Below, in pieces: positions 39,375 to 49,093 of a DNA stretch of 55,357 nt. Both the position numbers and the translations under genes were made by a program. The stretch comes from Gammaproteobacteria bacterium. Its GTDB lineage: Bacteria; Pseudomonadota; Gammaproteobacteria; Eutrophobiales; Eutrophobiaceae. Position 1 is the first letter of the stretch, and each line of letters opens with the position of its first letter. Below the pieces are notes generated by a model. That model saw nothing but the letters and a program-made list of their open reading frames with translations. It was not told where the DNA came from and ran no database searches. The DNA lies in the NCBI GenBank assembly GCA_051275005.1, contig JBNMOP010000002.1, positions 1 to 55,357 of the forward strand. Reading direction: 5' to 3'.

Positions 39375-41045
39375 ATGAGGTACAAACATTCAGCCATTAT
39401 TTGTTTCGGGATAATTGCCTCGGTGGTGTATACCGGGCATGCCTACGCATTTGGACATGATACCAATGAAGAATTATTGGAGGCTGTGCGTGATGGTGAT
39501 ATAGCCAAAGCAAAATCACTATTGGATAACAAGGCTGATGTAAATGCATCTCGTAATGATGGCACAACGGCATTGGCATGGTCTGTCTATAACAATAATG
39601 AAGACATGGTGGATTTATTAATCCGATCTGGCCGTGATGGCGCCGATGTCAATGCCGCCAATGAAAATGGTGTGTCGCCTTTGCACCTTGCCTGTATTAA
39701 CCAGAATGCCTCGGTCGTGTCCAAGCTGCTAAGGGCGGGTGCCGATCCCAACGTTAAAAAATGGACTGGTGAAACCCCGCTGATGACGTGTTCCAATACT
39801 GGAACCATAGAGGGGCTGTCGGGCCTATTGGCGAATGGTGCTGATGTCAATGTCAGAGAAAATACGAATAATCAAACGGCATTGATGTGGGCGGCAGCGG
39901 AAGGGCATGGCGACGTTGTAAAAGCCCTAATTGCGCGGGGTGCTGATTTGAATGCACGATCCAGTACAGTGATGGAACCTGAACCCTACGTGGTTAATAC
40001 CGAAAGCACCATGGGACAAAATTTTCCCAAGTCTACCCGCTTTAGAAAATATACCGGTAATTTCACTGCATTATTATTTGCCGCACAGTCTGGTGATGTT
40101 GAATCTGCAATGCATATTCTCGATGCCGGCGCAGACATTAATGATGCCTCGGATGAAGACGGTAGTGCATTGTTGATAGCTACGGCATCAGGCCATGAAG
40201 ACATGGCATTATTCTTACTTGAACAGGGGGCGGATCCCAATATAGTCAACGCCTGGGGTTTAGCACCGCTGCACTATACTGTTCACAAGGGTATCCTCAA
40301 CATGAGTAACTGGTTGTCTACCAAGACAGATGAGTTAGGTTGGATTCATGAACCTATGCACAGGTTGATGAAGGCCTTGCTTTCTAAAGGTGGCAGTCCC
40401 GATGCCCCGGTATTGTATACACTGCCCTATCTGGACGATCCTTTTCTCCGTGTGCATGACAATCAATCACAGATAGATATTGTAGGATCAACGCCTTTGT
40501 TACTCGCCGCTGCATCCGGTGATACCGAATCCCTACGGATTATGGTGAAGGCAGGCGCAGACATCAATGCAAAGACCATGGGGGGTGGCACATTATTTAT
40601 GCTCGCCGCCGGTGGTGGTGCAGAACGTCGTGGCCGGGATGAGCAACAGGCCATTGAAGCAGCCAAGTATGTTCTCTCCCTTGGGGGCATCGATATCAAC
40701 GCACAATTGACAGATAACCGCACAGTCAATGGCCCTGGTAAAGGCAAGGCCGACGGTCGGTCTATAATGCATTTTATTACCACCTTGGGCTGGAAAGATA
40801 TGGTAAATTTTCTGGCAGAAAAGGGTGCAGATTTAAACGCGCAAGATCGTTATGGTATGACACCGCTGATGATTGCCATGGGAGATCCTGAATCACGATA
40901 CTATCGAAATGTGGGTGTAGGCAGATACGATGACCGTTATAGACGGACCCTTTCGAAATCCCATGGTGATATAGAAAAAATGTTACTTGCCCTGGGTGCC
41001 AATCCATTTACTGGGACGATCGTCAGTAAGGGCTCTGTAGATTAG
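39375..41045 (+). CDS. Secreted ankyrin-repeat protein, cassette 3
   Basis: SD GGAGAG upstream. A Sec signal is present. The 556-aa product has multiple ankyrin repeats and the shared C-terminal block DRYGMTPLMIAMGDPESRYYRN. Confidence 0.85.
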   Translation: MRYKHSAIICFGIIASVVYTGHAYAFGHDTNEELLEAVRDGDIAKAKSLLDNKADVNASRNDGTTALAWSVYNNNEDMVDLLIRSGRDGADVNAANENGVSPLHLACINQNASVVSKLLRAGADPNVKKWTGETPLMTCSNTGTIEGLSGLLANGADVNVRENTNNQTALMWAAAEGHGDVVKALIARGADLNARSSTVMEPEPYVVNTESTMGQNFPKSTRFRKYTGNFTALLFAAQSGDVESAMHILDAGADINDASDEDGSALLIATASGHEDMALFLLEQGADPNIVNAWGLAPLHYTVHKGILNMSNWLSTKTDELGWIHEPMHRLMKALLSKGGSPDAPVLYTLPYLDDPFLRVHDNQSQIDIVGSTPLLLAAASGDTESLRIMVKAGADINAKTMGGGTLFMLAAGGGAERRGRDEQQAIEAAKYVLSLGGIDINAQLTDNRTVNGPGKGKADGRSIMHFITTLGWKDMVNFLAEKGADLNAQDRYGMTPLMIAMGDPESRYYRNVGVGRYDDRYRRTLSKSHGDIEKMLLALGANPFTGTIVSKGSVD

Positions 41046-41417
41046 CTCCTGGCACGATACATTTATTTTATAATAGTAATTCCAGTCTGATTCCACACGT
41101 TTAATAAGGCGTTCATTTTCCTTATTGAACAGAGAATGGCATCACCAATTTGTAATCAACTCTCGTGCGTAATCACGCCAGCTTTTCATCCATTCACATT
41201 AATACAACACAGTAAAGTTTAAACAATAAATCAGTTTACAAATGGTGCTAACTATTTATACTTGCACCTATTGTTTTCCTTGAAATTGCATTTCAGGTCT
41301 TAAATAAAAGGATGATATTTTAGGGGGTTGCGCCATCATTATCCGCATTTATTTTCCGAATCATAAAGTTATATTTTTTTACTAAATCGTTATCTGTCAG
41401 TCATTAGGGGGAATACC

Positions 41418-44204
41418 ATGTTTCAAATCCATGCATCCAGATTACTCACTGTTACAGGTGTGATACTTGCAACCTTGGCAATTCATTCACCAGTTATTAA
41501 TGCACAACAATTGGAAGAGATCGTAGTGACCGCCCAGCGTCGGGAACAGTCACTGCAAGAAGTACCCATTTCTATAGAAACCTATACTAGTGCTCAAATC
41601 AGAAAACAGGGATATCGAGACCTTGAGTCTCTTGCGTCACTGGTACCAGGTATAATCGCATTACCCCAGCAGGACCAAACAGTGATCATGATCCGCGGAT
41701 TTGGTACATCAGGTAACGCCCTCACATTAGAACAGGCGACTCCTATCTTTCTCGACGGGATCCATTTTGGCCGTGCATCCCAGGCCAAGAATGCCTATCT
41801 CGATGTAGAAAGAATAGAAATCCTGAAAGGACCACAACCAGTGTTCTTTGGTAACAACGCAACAGCAGGCGCCTTTAACATCCAGAGTAAGCGACCCACT
41901 GCCTCGTGGGAAGGTGATGTGGATGTGGAAATCGGTAATAACAATACCCAACAGGTTAGCTTTGGTGTAGGTGGACCCATTACTGATACCCTGGGTATTC
42001 GTCTTGCTGGTAAATATGAAACTACCGATGGCTATCTCATAGACGCAATTGACCAACAACCCTATCCACACCAGGAAGACAAGGGTGGCAGGCTTACATT
42101 GCAATGGACTCCCACAGACAATTTCCAGGCCACAGCTAAAGCAGAGTTTGGAAAGATAGACGCTGGGAGTGAAGGCAAGCTAGTCTGTCTGACGGGGGGT
42201 GACCTGGTCTTTGGTCGTAGAGGACCGCTGTCGAATCGAACAGATGGCACGGGCGGAAGCGGTACCGAGGGAGAACCTTTTTCAGTATGGTTAAATCCCC
42301 CCAATGGTGAAGGATGGGAGCAATCACATCTGCCCATACCACGTACCAATGGCAGTTGCTTTGACAGTAATGTCTCCCGAAGTAATGAAGGACCCTATTA
42401 CGATGTCCCTACAAATATCCGTCAGACCCAAGCTGGAACGGGTATGCTGGATATTCGTGAGGTGGGTCAGGCCTACTTGAACGATGACAGTGACCCACTG
42501 CTGGGACCACAAAATGCCTTCAGCAGCATCCTCGGTGGTGAGACCATAGATAACTTCAATTCCTATCTGGATTTAACTTACTCCTTAAATAATGGCATTG
42601 AGGCAAACTGGTTGACAGGATTTAGTAAGTACAACCGTGAGACTTCGGAAGAAAATTTTGACTCGCCGTTTTATGAAAACAACCAGATTCGTAATATTAA
42701 TTTTGACCAGTGGAGTACCGAGTTGCGTTTCACCTCACCTACCGGTGGCACAATAGAGTGGATGGCCGGGGTTTTTGTGCAGGACACTACACTGGATAAT
42801 GTTACAGGAAATTTAAGGGCTACGGTTCGACGTGGTGTGCGTATGAATAATGTCTGGGAGGACGTGAGATGGAAAACCGCCTTTGCGACATTCACCTTTA
42901 ATTTCCTCGACGACAAGGCCTCAATAGACATTGGTGGTCGCTATGCAGATATTGATAAACTTACCTTTGCCCACGGTTATGGTTCACAATGGATAGTTAA
43001 TGAAGAACCTGGACTATTGGCCCCTGGCGATGGCCTGCTCACAGGTACTCTTGCGAATTATTTTCAAGCCGATCCTACGACAGATGGTAGTAGAATTTAC
43101 CTTCCCTATAATGAAGCAGCGGGGTTGTGGTACTACCGCTTTGCAGACAATCGAGAAACCCCAGAGGGTTGGAAAGGTACAGTGGGTGCCAATGTCGTTG
43201 GTTTGACCGCACCATTGTTTTCTTGCCTGGATGATAGTCGTAATGCTAGTGGTGACCGTGTTTGTCAGGTGCGGACGCAGGGACCTGCCGGTGGCGCAGG
43301 TAATGGTGGTGATTTCGGTAGTAAAGAGTTCGACCCGCAAGTCGTGCTGCGTTATCGTCCTAATGATAATCATTCTTTGTGGGCACGCTGGGCACAGTCC
43401 TTCAAGCTTGGCGGCTTTGATACCGGCCAGACCACTATTCCAAATAATCTGGATGACTTCGCCTTTGATACCGAACGTACCGAGGCATTTGAGGTAGGAG
43501 CAAAAGGCACGCTTATGGACGGTCGAGCTCGTTATGATGTGACACTGTTTCAAAACATCTTCAGATCTCTGCAATTGCAAGCGGCTACAGGAAATCTCGA
43601 TGACCCCAATGCCAATGTAAATGCCGGCAAGCAACGGGTGCGTGGTGTGGAGTTCAGCATCGATTATGCGGCAACGGAACGATGGACGGTGATGTTTGCA
43701 GGGGCGATCATGGATGGCGTGATGGTGGATTTCTTCAATTCACCCTGTAACAGAACGGAAGTAGTAACGGCTGCAGCGGGTTGTGACCTTTCTGGCACAT
43801 CAGCTACAAATCCTAACTTTTCTACAATCGACCGTTCCGGTCAAGGGGCGGCGTTCACACCGGATTGGGGATTTACATTTGATTCTAATTACGTGATGCC
43901 CGTATTTGACCGTTATGAGTTATCTTTCAACGTGCGTGGTTATGTCTCTGATGATTATTTCACTGATCGTCAGGATTTTACCAAGGACGTTGCCTGGGAC
44001 CAACATGGCGATGTCAGTATCAATGTCGGTTTTGGAGATGCGGAGGGTACCTGGCGGGTTGTGGGTTGGGGACGTAATCTCCTGGAGGCAAATCGGAGTT
44101 ATCGTCCTGCACTTGATTTTACTGAAACAAATGCTATTACCCCTAACGTAAGCGCATCGAACTTCATGACCTATGGTATAAAGTTTGAATATAGCTATAG
44201 ATAA
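41418..44204 (+). CDS. TonB-dependent outer-membrane receptor (large type, 928 aa)
   Basis: SD GGGGGA upstream. A signal peptide is present. Plug signature LEEIVVTAQRREQSLQEVPISI...IRGFGTSGN...VERIEILKGPQ. It is a paralog of 13921..16698. Confidence 0.9.
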   Translation: MFQIHASRLLTVTGVILATLAIHSPVINAQQLEEIVVTAQRREQSLQEVPISIETYTSAQIRKQGYRDLESLASLVPGIIALPQQDQTVIMIRGFGTSGNALTLEQATPIFLDGIHFGRASQAKNAYLDVERIEILKGPQPVFFGNNATAGAFNIQSKRPTASWEGDVDVEIGNNNTQQVSFGVGGPITDTLGIRLAGKYETTDGYLIDAIDQQPYPHQEDKGGRLTLQWTPTDNFQATAKAEFGKIDAGSEGKLVCLTGGDLVFGRRGPLSNRTDGTGGSGTEGEPFSVWLNPPNGEGWEQSHLPIPRTNGSCFDSNVSRSNEGPYYDVPTNIRQTQAGTGMLDIREVGQAYLNDDSDPLLGPQNAFSSILGGETIDNFNSYLDLTYSLNNGIEANWLTGFSKYNRETSEENFDSPFYENNQIRNINFDQWSTELRFTSPTGGTIEWMAGVFVQDTTLDNVTGNLRATVRRGVRMNNVWEDVRWKTAFATFTFNFLDDKASIDIGGRYADIDKLTFAHGYGSQWIVNEEPGLLAPGDGLLTGTLANYFQADPTTDGSRIYLPYNEAAGLWYYRFADNRETPEGWKGTVGANVVGLTAPLFSCLDDSRNASGDRVCQVRTQGPAGGAGNGGDFGSKEFDPQVVLRYRPNDNHSLWARWAQSFKLGGFDTGQTTIPNNLDDFAFDTERTEAFEVGAKGTLMDGRARYDVTLFQNIFRSLQLQAATGNLDDPNANVNAGKQRVRGVEFSIDYAATERWTVMFAGAIMDGVMVDFFNSPCNRTEVVTAAAGCDLSGTSATNPNFSTIDRSGQGAAFTPDWGFTFDSNYVMPVFDRYELSFNVRGYVSDDYFTDRQDFTKDVAWDQHGDVSINVGFGDAEGTWRVVGWGRNLLEANRSYRPALDFTETNAITPNVSASNFMTYGIKFEYSYR

Positions 44205-44223
44205 TAGTCAGTAAACTTTATTG

Positions 44224-44253
44224 AAAAAGGGGAACACAGTTCCCCTTTTTTTT
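44224..44253 (+). terminator. Rho-independent terminator
   Basis: Stem GGGGAA (44229-44234), loop CACAG, stem TTCCCC (44240-44245), then T8 (44246-44253). It begins 20 nt after the receptor stop codon. Confidence 0.8.
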
Positions 44254-44437
44254 GTCTGATTTTTCCCTACGAGTAAGAATTTAAGGCACCCGAATACCTT
44301 TTTTAAAATATTGGGAGAAAGGACAAATGATGTAAATGAAGTGTTCGATGTTTTATTCACATCGGGAATATGCCAAAATCATCTTAATTGAACGTTTGTT
44401 GGTAACGAATATCGTTACATTATCTGGGGGAATAAAT

Positions 44438-46216
44438 ATGAAGTTAAATAGATTGGTTCTTACACTGCTTACAGTGTTACTTGGTATGTCACTCCAGGTA
44501 TCGGCCCAGCAACGGGGATTATCTGATGTCACTGAAGCGATGTTGTTAAACCCTGACCCTGCAGATTGGTTGATGTTCAGCCGTACCTTTGACAACCAAC
44601 GATTCAGTCCCCTGGATCAAATTAATCGTGGCAATGTAGGGCAACTCAACATGGTCTGGACCCGCGGCATGTATCCCGGGGCGCATCAGGAGAATATTCC
44701 CCTTGTGCATAAAGGCGTGATGTATGTGGCCAACCCAACAGGTATTGTCCAGGCGTTGGATGCCACCAATGGTGATTTAATTTGGCAATATGAGCGTCCC
44801 ATACCTGACGATGCGGAAGACTATATAGGCATAGAACGCACGCGCACATTGTCACTGTATGAAGATAAATTACTCTATGCCTCCCCTGATGGTTATGTCC
44901 TGGCATTGGGTACAGAAGGTGGGGAATTACATTGGGAGACCCAGGCGCACGACTACAAACTGGGTATTGAACATACCTCCGGTCCCATGGTGGCCAAAGG
45001 TAAGATGATCACCGGTCGCAATTGTGACGATGGGGACAATGTTAGATTGACCTGCTTTATCGTTGCCCATGATGCAGAAACTGGTGAGGAGGTATGGCGC
45101 TTTAATGTCGCCGCAGGTGATGGAGAACCGGGAAGTGATACCTGGGGTGGAAAGCCCGACGGTAGCCGTGCCTGTGCACCCTGGGGTATGCCCGCCAGTT
45201 TTGATCCAAAAACAAACCTGGTGTACTGGGGGGTCGCCAACCCCACGCCGCACACACGTTACAAACGCCATAATGGCGATCCTTTTGCCATACCGTTAAT
45301 TGCACCGGCGGAATTATATTGTAATTCCACCCTGGCACTGGATGTGGATACCGGTAAGCTGGCCTGGTATCACCAGCACATACCTGGAGATGACTGGGAT
45401 GCAGACTGGACCCAGGAAAGAGTCCTGGTTACATCTAAATTCAATCCCGACGCCGCAGAGGTGGACTGGATCAACCCCAATGTTACCCGGGGAGATGTGC
45501 GCAACATGGTGCTTACCGTGGGCGAACCCGGGGGACTCACCGTGTTGGATCGGGAAAATGGGGAATTTCTTTGGGCTATCCCTTTCCCGTTTGATACACC
45601 GGCATTTCATATCTCGGATATTGATGTAACTACGGGCAGGACGATGATCAGTCGTGACATGGTAATGTCCAAGGCGGATGATTTTCATGAATTGATCTGT
45701 TTTGCCAATACCAAAGGCTATTACCCCATGGCATACCATCCTGGCGAAAATGCCATGTATATTCCCTACCATGATGTTTGTAATGATCGAACTGCGGCAT
45801 TTGGGACAAGAAATGGTCATAGTAGAACATCCTTTATTCGACCCGGGGTTGACCCTGATCATTATGTTGGCCTTGCCAAGATAAACATGGAAACCGGCCG
45901 CAAGGAAGTATTCCATAGTCAAGGCTTTCCAAGTAATGGCGCCGTCCTGGCCACAGCGGGAGACCTCATCTTCTGGGGCGATATGAACCGACGCATTATG
46001 GCTTTTGATGCGGGCAATGGTGACAAGCTGTGGGAGTCTATTCTAGGCGGGATAATTCAAAGCAGCACCATAACCTATGCCGTAGATGGCAAACAATACC
46101 TTGCGATATTGACTGGGGACGGCGCGGCCCATACCAGCGGAAAACTGGCATTAGCACCTGAACTTAAGACGGCCCGTATGCATAACGCAATATATGTCTT
46201 TGCATTACCGAACTAA
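44438..46216 (+). CDS. PQQ-dependent dehydrogenase (quinoprotein beta-propeller), exported
   Basis: ATG 44438 follows GGGGG and gives a clean signal peptide MKLNRLVLTLLTVLLGMSLQVSA|QQ. The listed start 44336 adds 34 non-signal residues. ADWLMFSRTFDNQRFSPLDQIN, IPGDDWDAD and blade motifs as in 18552..20336. Confidence 0.8.
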   Translation: MKLNRLVLTLLTVLLGMSLQVSAQQRGLSDVTEAMLLNPDPADWLMFSRTFDNQRFSPLDQINRGNVGQLNMVWTRGMYPGAHQENIPLVHKGVMYVANPTGIVQALDATNGDLIWQYERPIPDDAEDYIGIERTRTLSLYEDKLLYASPDGYVLALGTEGGELHWETQAHDYKLGIEHTSGPMVAKGKMITGRNCDDGDNVRLTCFIVAHDAETGEEVWRFNVAAGDGEPGSDTWGGKPDGSRACAPWGMPASFDPKTNLVYWGVANPTPHTRYKRHNGDPFAIPLIAPAELYCNSTLALDVDTGKLAWYHQHIPGDDWDADWTQERVLVTSKFNPDAAEVDWINPNVTRGDVRNMVLTVGEPGGLTVLDRENGEFLWAIPFPFDTPAFHISDIDVTTGRTMISRDMVMSKADDFHELICFANTKGYYPMAYHPGENAMYIPYHDVCNDRTAAFGTRNGHSRTSFIRPGVDPDHYVGLAKINMETGRKEVFHSQGFPSNGAVLATAGDLIFWGDMNRRIMAFDAGNGDKLWESILGGIIQSSTITYAVDGKQYLAILTGDGAAHTSGKLALAPELKTARMHNAIYVFALPN

Positions 46217-46275
46217 ATCTTGAATAAAAAAGTAAATTTGTTAGTCACTGATAGTTGATAAAAAAGGATATAAAA

Positions 46276-46644
46276 TTGAATAACAAAATAGTATTTAAAA
46301 CCCTTACCTTGTTAACAATAGGAATATCACTTATTGCCTGTACCACCATGGCGCAGGAGGAATCAGCCTCCGGTGTCCTCCAGGGTGTCTATACTACGGA
46401 GCAGGCCCAGAGGGGCTCGGATACCTTCAAAGATATATGCCGCAACTGTCATATCCCACGCGACTTCCGGAGTATCTTTAAGCAATCAGAAAATACCGTA
46501 GCTGTTATTAATGATTACTATGGCTTAATCAGTAATACCATGCCGCAAGATTCACCTGGCAGTCTGTCAGAAGAAACATATCTGGATGTGATTGCCTATT
46601 TCATGTCTCTGAATGGATTGGCCGCGGCAGACGTTACGCAATAA
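46276..46644 (+). CDS. Mono-haem c-type cytochrome, possibly a lipoprotein
   Basis: TTG 46276 lies 7 nt after AAGGA; the listed TTG 46255 is an alternative start. The signal has a lipobox-like SLIAC. A single CxxCH (CRNCHIP). A downstream Met (NTMPQD) is present. It lies directly downstream of the PQQ dehydrogenase. Confidence 0.7.
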   Translation: MNNKIVFKTLTLLTIGISLIACTTMAQEESASGVLQGVYTTEQAQRGSDTFKDICRNCHIPRDFRSIFKQSENTVAVINDYYGLISNTMPQDSPGSLSEETYLDVIAYFMSLNGLAAADVTQ

Positions 46645-46774
46645 ATCCTTGTAAATTATATTTTTAGATTCATGTGTTCCAAATTTTGGATTAGTTTGTG
46701 TGGCAAACTAATTAATCATCACTCACATACTGTTACATTTTAGTGCTATAAAAGCATTCTCTCTGGAGTATCAA

Positions 46775-48922
46775 ATGCGTACCAATAATTGGTCTATGCG
46801 TCTTATCTTTTTTGTTCTGACGTTAATCTATTCGATTTCAATATCTGCTCAATCCACCTCATCGACTCCGGTAAATAATGCGAACTCAGACTCTGATTCA
46901 GGCAATGAATCTTCCAATGAAGATGACCTCGTAAACTATCCACCCGCATTTTTTCAACGCTATCAGGTTAACTCCGCACTGGACATGGTAAACAGAGTGC
47001 CGGGGTTTACACCGGATAATGGTGGAGATTTGCGCGGATTTGGAACCGCAGTGGGTAATATCCTTATCAACGATAAACGCCCCAGTACCAAACAGGATTC
47101 ACCCTCAGCCATATTAGGCAGAATATCAGCTGACCTTGTTGAGCGGATTGAATTAATTCGTGTAAAGGTCAGAGACATCGATCTGCAAGGTCATCTTCAG
47201 GTAGTGAATGTCATCCTTAACGAAAATGCCGAGGCCACCATACGCTGGGAGATCTCGGTTCGGGAAACCGTGGGTACCGGCGTTTCACCTGGGGGAAGCA
47301 TCTCCTTGTCAGATCGTTGGGGACCTATGGAATTTAATGTTGGTGCTGATATGCGGTGGGCAAAATTTGGAGACCCCGCGACCATAGAACGATTTGATGG
47401 TAATGGTGTACTCACCGAGATTCGAACCAATGTCGACAATGCCGATGGCCCTACCGCAAACGGCTATTTTAATTCCACCTCATGGCTGGGAAAAACCTTT
47501 CTCACATTCAATTCACGTATTGGTCTGGAGAATCGAGATATATTATTTACCATCGACCGACTCTCTCAAATACCCGGCGAGGATCCACGTCAGGAGTTAA
47601 TCACGACTTTACGTCGCAACAAGCGGTTGGAGTTGGGGTTTGATGCCGAGCGCGAGTTACATAAAAATTTATTGGGCAAAGCCATTATTTTATATTCAAT
47701 ACTCGACGGCGACCCCCTGGTTTCGCAACAGGATCTGAATGTGCTCGGCGTACAAACCCGTTTCCAGTTAGAAGACGAAAAATTTTCCAGCTCAGAATTT
47801 ATTGCCCGCCTGGAATCCGATTGGAGTGGATTTTCAGGTCATGCAATTCAGACTGATCTGGAACGCGCGGTGAATATTCTCGACAACTCACAGATATTGA
47901 CGGATGACACTGGTGCAGGACCCGTTGTAGTAGATGTCCCCGGTGGTAATACCCGGGTTGAAGAGGAGCGTTGGAATATTCAGGTTCAGGATTCCTGGTC
48001 TATGGGAAGTTTTGATATAGACGCGGGTCTGGGCTGGGAACGCTCAACTATTTCACAGACGGGTGATTCTATCCTTGAACGAAGTTTTACTTTTATTAAA
48101 CCCAGAGCCATCTTAACGCATTCCGCCAGCCAGGGTAGTCAGACAAGATTACGAGTAGAGCGTGAAGTAGCACAGCTTAATTTTAATGATTTTGTCAGTG
48201 CCACGGTATTTGAGGACGACGATGTGGCATTGGGCAACCCTGATCTACATCCCGACAGCACCTGGGTAACGGAAGTGAGTCATGAAAGGCGTTTTGGTAA
48301 GGTAGGTGTGATTAAGATAACCGGATTCCATCACTGGATAAATGATGTGCTGGATTTATTACCCCTGACCGCGACCTTCGAGGCACCGGGTAATATTGGA
48401 GCCGGTAGACGATGGGGTGCAATACTGGAAACCACAGTGCCTCTGGATAATATTGGTATAAATGATGCGCAGTTATCGTTCAATGCACGTTGGCAGGATT
48501 CCACTGTGGTTGATCCGGTAACGGGTATCGACCGCAGGTTATCAGGTGAGGGCGGCTTCAGAGGTGATGTCGGTTTCCTAAACGAAAATCGCTATGCGAT
48601 AGATATTGATTTCCGTCAGGATATAGAGGCGGCGCAGATATCCTGGGGGTTGGGTCTGGCTGAACGCGATAGTCGCGTGCTCTACAAGGCAAATGAACTG
48701 GATGTCTTTAACGAAGGTTTTGATATGTCAGCGTTTATAGAGACCTCGCGCTGGTTCGGTATTAAGCTCACCCTTGAAGGGGCTAATCTGTTGGATCACC
48801 TTGTTACACGCGATCGGACTGTTTTTGTTGCTGAGCGGACATTGACACCGGTACAGCGTGTAGAATTACGCCGTGGCGTTACTGGTCAGAGGATCTTTTT
48901 AAAGGCGACGGGTTCATTCTGA
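46775..48922 (+). CDS. TonB-dependent outer-membrane receptor (small type, 715 aa)
   Basis: A signal peptide is followed by a Ser/Asn/Asp-rich linker. Plug-like segment ALDMVNRVPGFTPDNGGDLRGFGTAVGNILINDKR...VERIELIR. It ends ...ATGSF. It is a paralog of the truncated CDS at 1..1092. Confidence 0.85.
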   Translation: MRTNNWSMRLIFFVLTLIYSISISAQSTSSTPVNNANSDSDSGNESSNEDDLVNYPPAFFQRYQVNSALDMVNRVPGFTPDNGGDLRGFGTAVGNILINDKRPSTKQDSPSAILGRISADLVERIELIRVKVRDIDLQGHLQVVNVILNENAEATIRWEISVRETVGTGVSPGGSISLSDRWGPMEFNVGADMRWAKFGDPATIERFDGNGVLTEIRTNVDNADGPTANGYFNSTSWLGKTFLTFNSRIGLENRDILFTIDRLSQIPGEDPRQELITTLRRNKRLELGFDAERELHKNLLGKAIILYSILDGDPLVSQQDLNVLGVQTRFQLEDEKFSSSEFIARLESDWSGFSGHAIQTDLERAVNILDNSQILTDDTGAGPVVVDVPGGNTRVEEERWNIQVQDSWSMGSFDIDAGLGWERSTISQTGDSILERSFTFIKPRAILTHSASQGSQTRLRVEREVAQLNFNDFVSATVFEDDDVALGNPDLHPDSTWVTEVSHERRFGKVGVIKITGFHHWINDVLDLLPLTATFEAPGNIGAGRRWGAILETTVPLDNIGINDAQLSFNARWQDSTVVDPVTGIDRRLSGEGGFRGDVGFLNENRYAIDIDFRQDIEAAQISWGLGLAERDSRVLYKANELDVFNEGFDMSAFIETSRWFGIKLTLEGANLLDHLVTRDRTVFVAERTLTPVQRVELRRGVTGQRIFLKATGSF

Positions 48923-49093
48923 CTAATTATTGAGGAAATCCCACGATTGTCATAGAACAGAGTATTAAGGTAGTCTGGTTTGTGATCAGCTATAATCTAT
49001 AGAGTACGAAATGCAGGATGCATTTCAACAAAGCCAAAAGAACGACAGTTCTTCTATAAAAAAAGTAACATCCATCATCTCGCGGGGGTCGCA

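Noticed and set aside
43014-43634. Long antisense ORFs lie inside well-supported genes: 43014..43634 (206 aa), 45314..45922 (202 aa), 33597..34112 (171 aa), 11414..11857 (147 aa), 41727..42104 (125 aa) and many of 60-115 aa.
   Set aside because: Each lies entirely within, and antisense or out of frame to, a CDS with strong family motifs. Their translations are low-complexity or Cys/His/Arg-rich with no recognisable motif or SD. This is typical of shadow ORFs.
44336-44437. The ORF track suggests N-terminal extensions: 44336 for the PQQ dehydrogenase, 2115, 3594, 5087, 13210, 20450, 46255, and 53193 and 34892 on the minus strand.
   Set aside because: In each case an internal ATG or TTG with a better-placed Shine-Dalgarno gives a standard signal peptide directly at the N-terminus. 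The extensions add non-signal residues or overlap the preceding gene. The starts remain predictions; 35540 and 34880 are the least certain.
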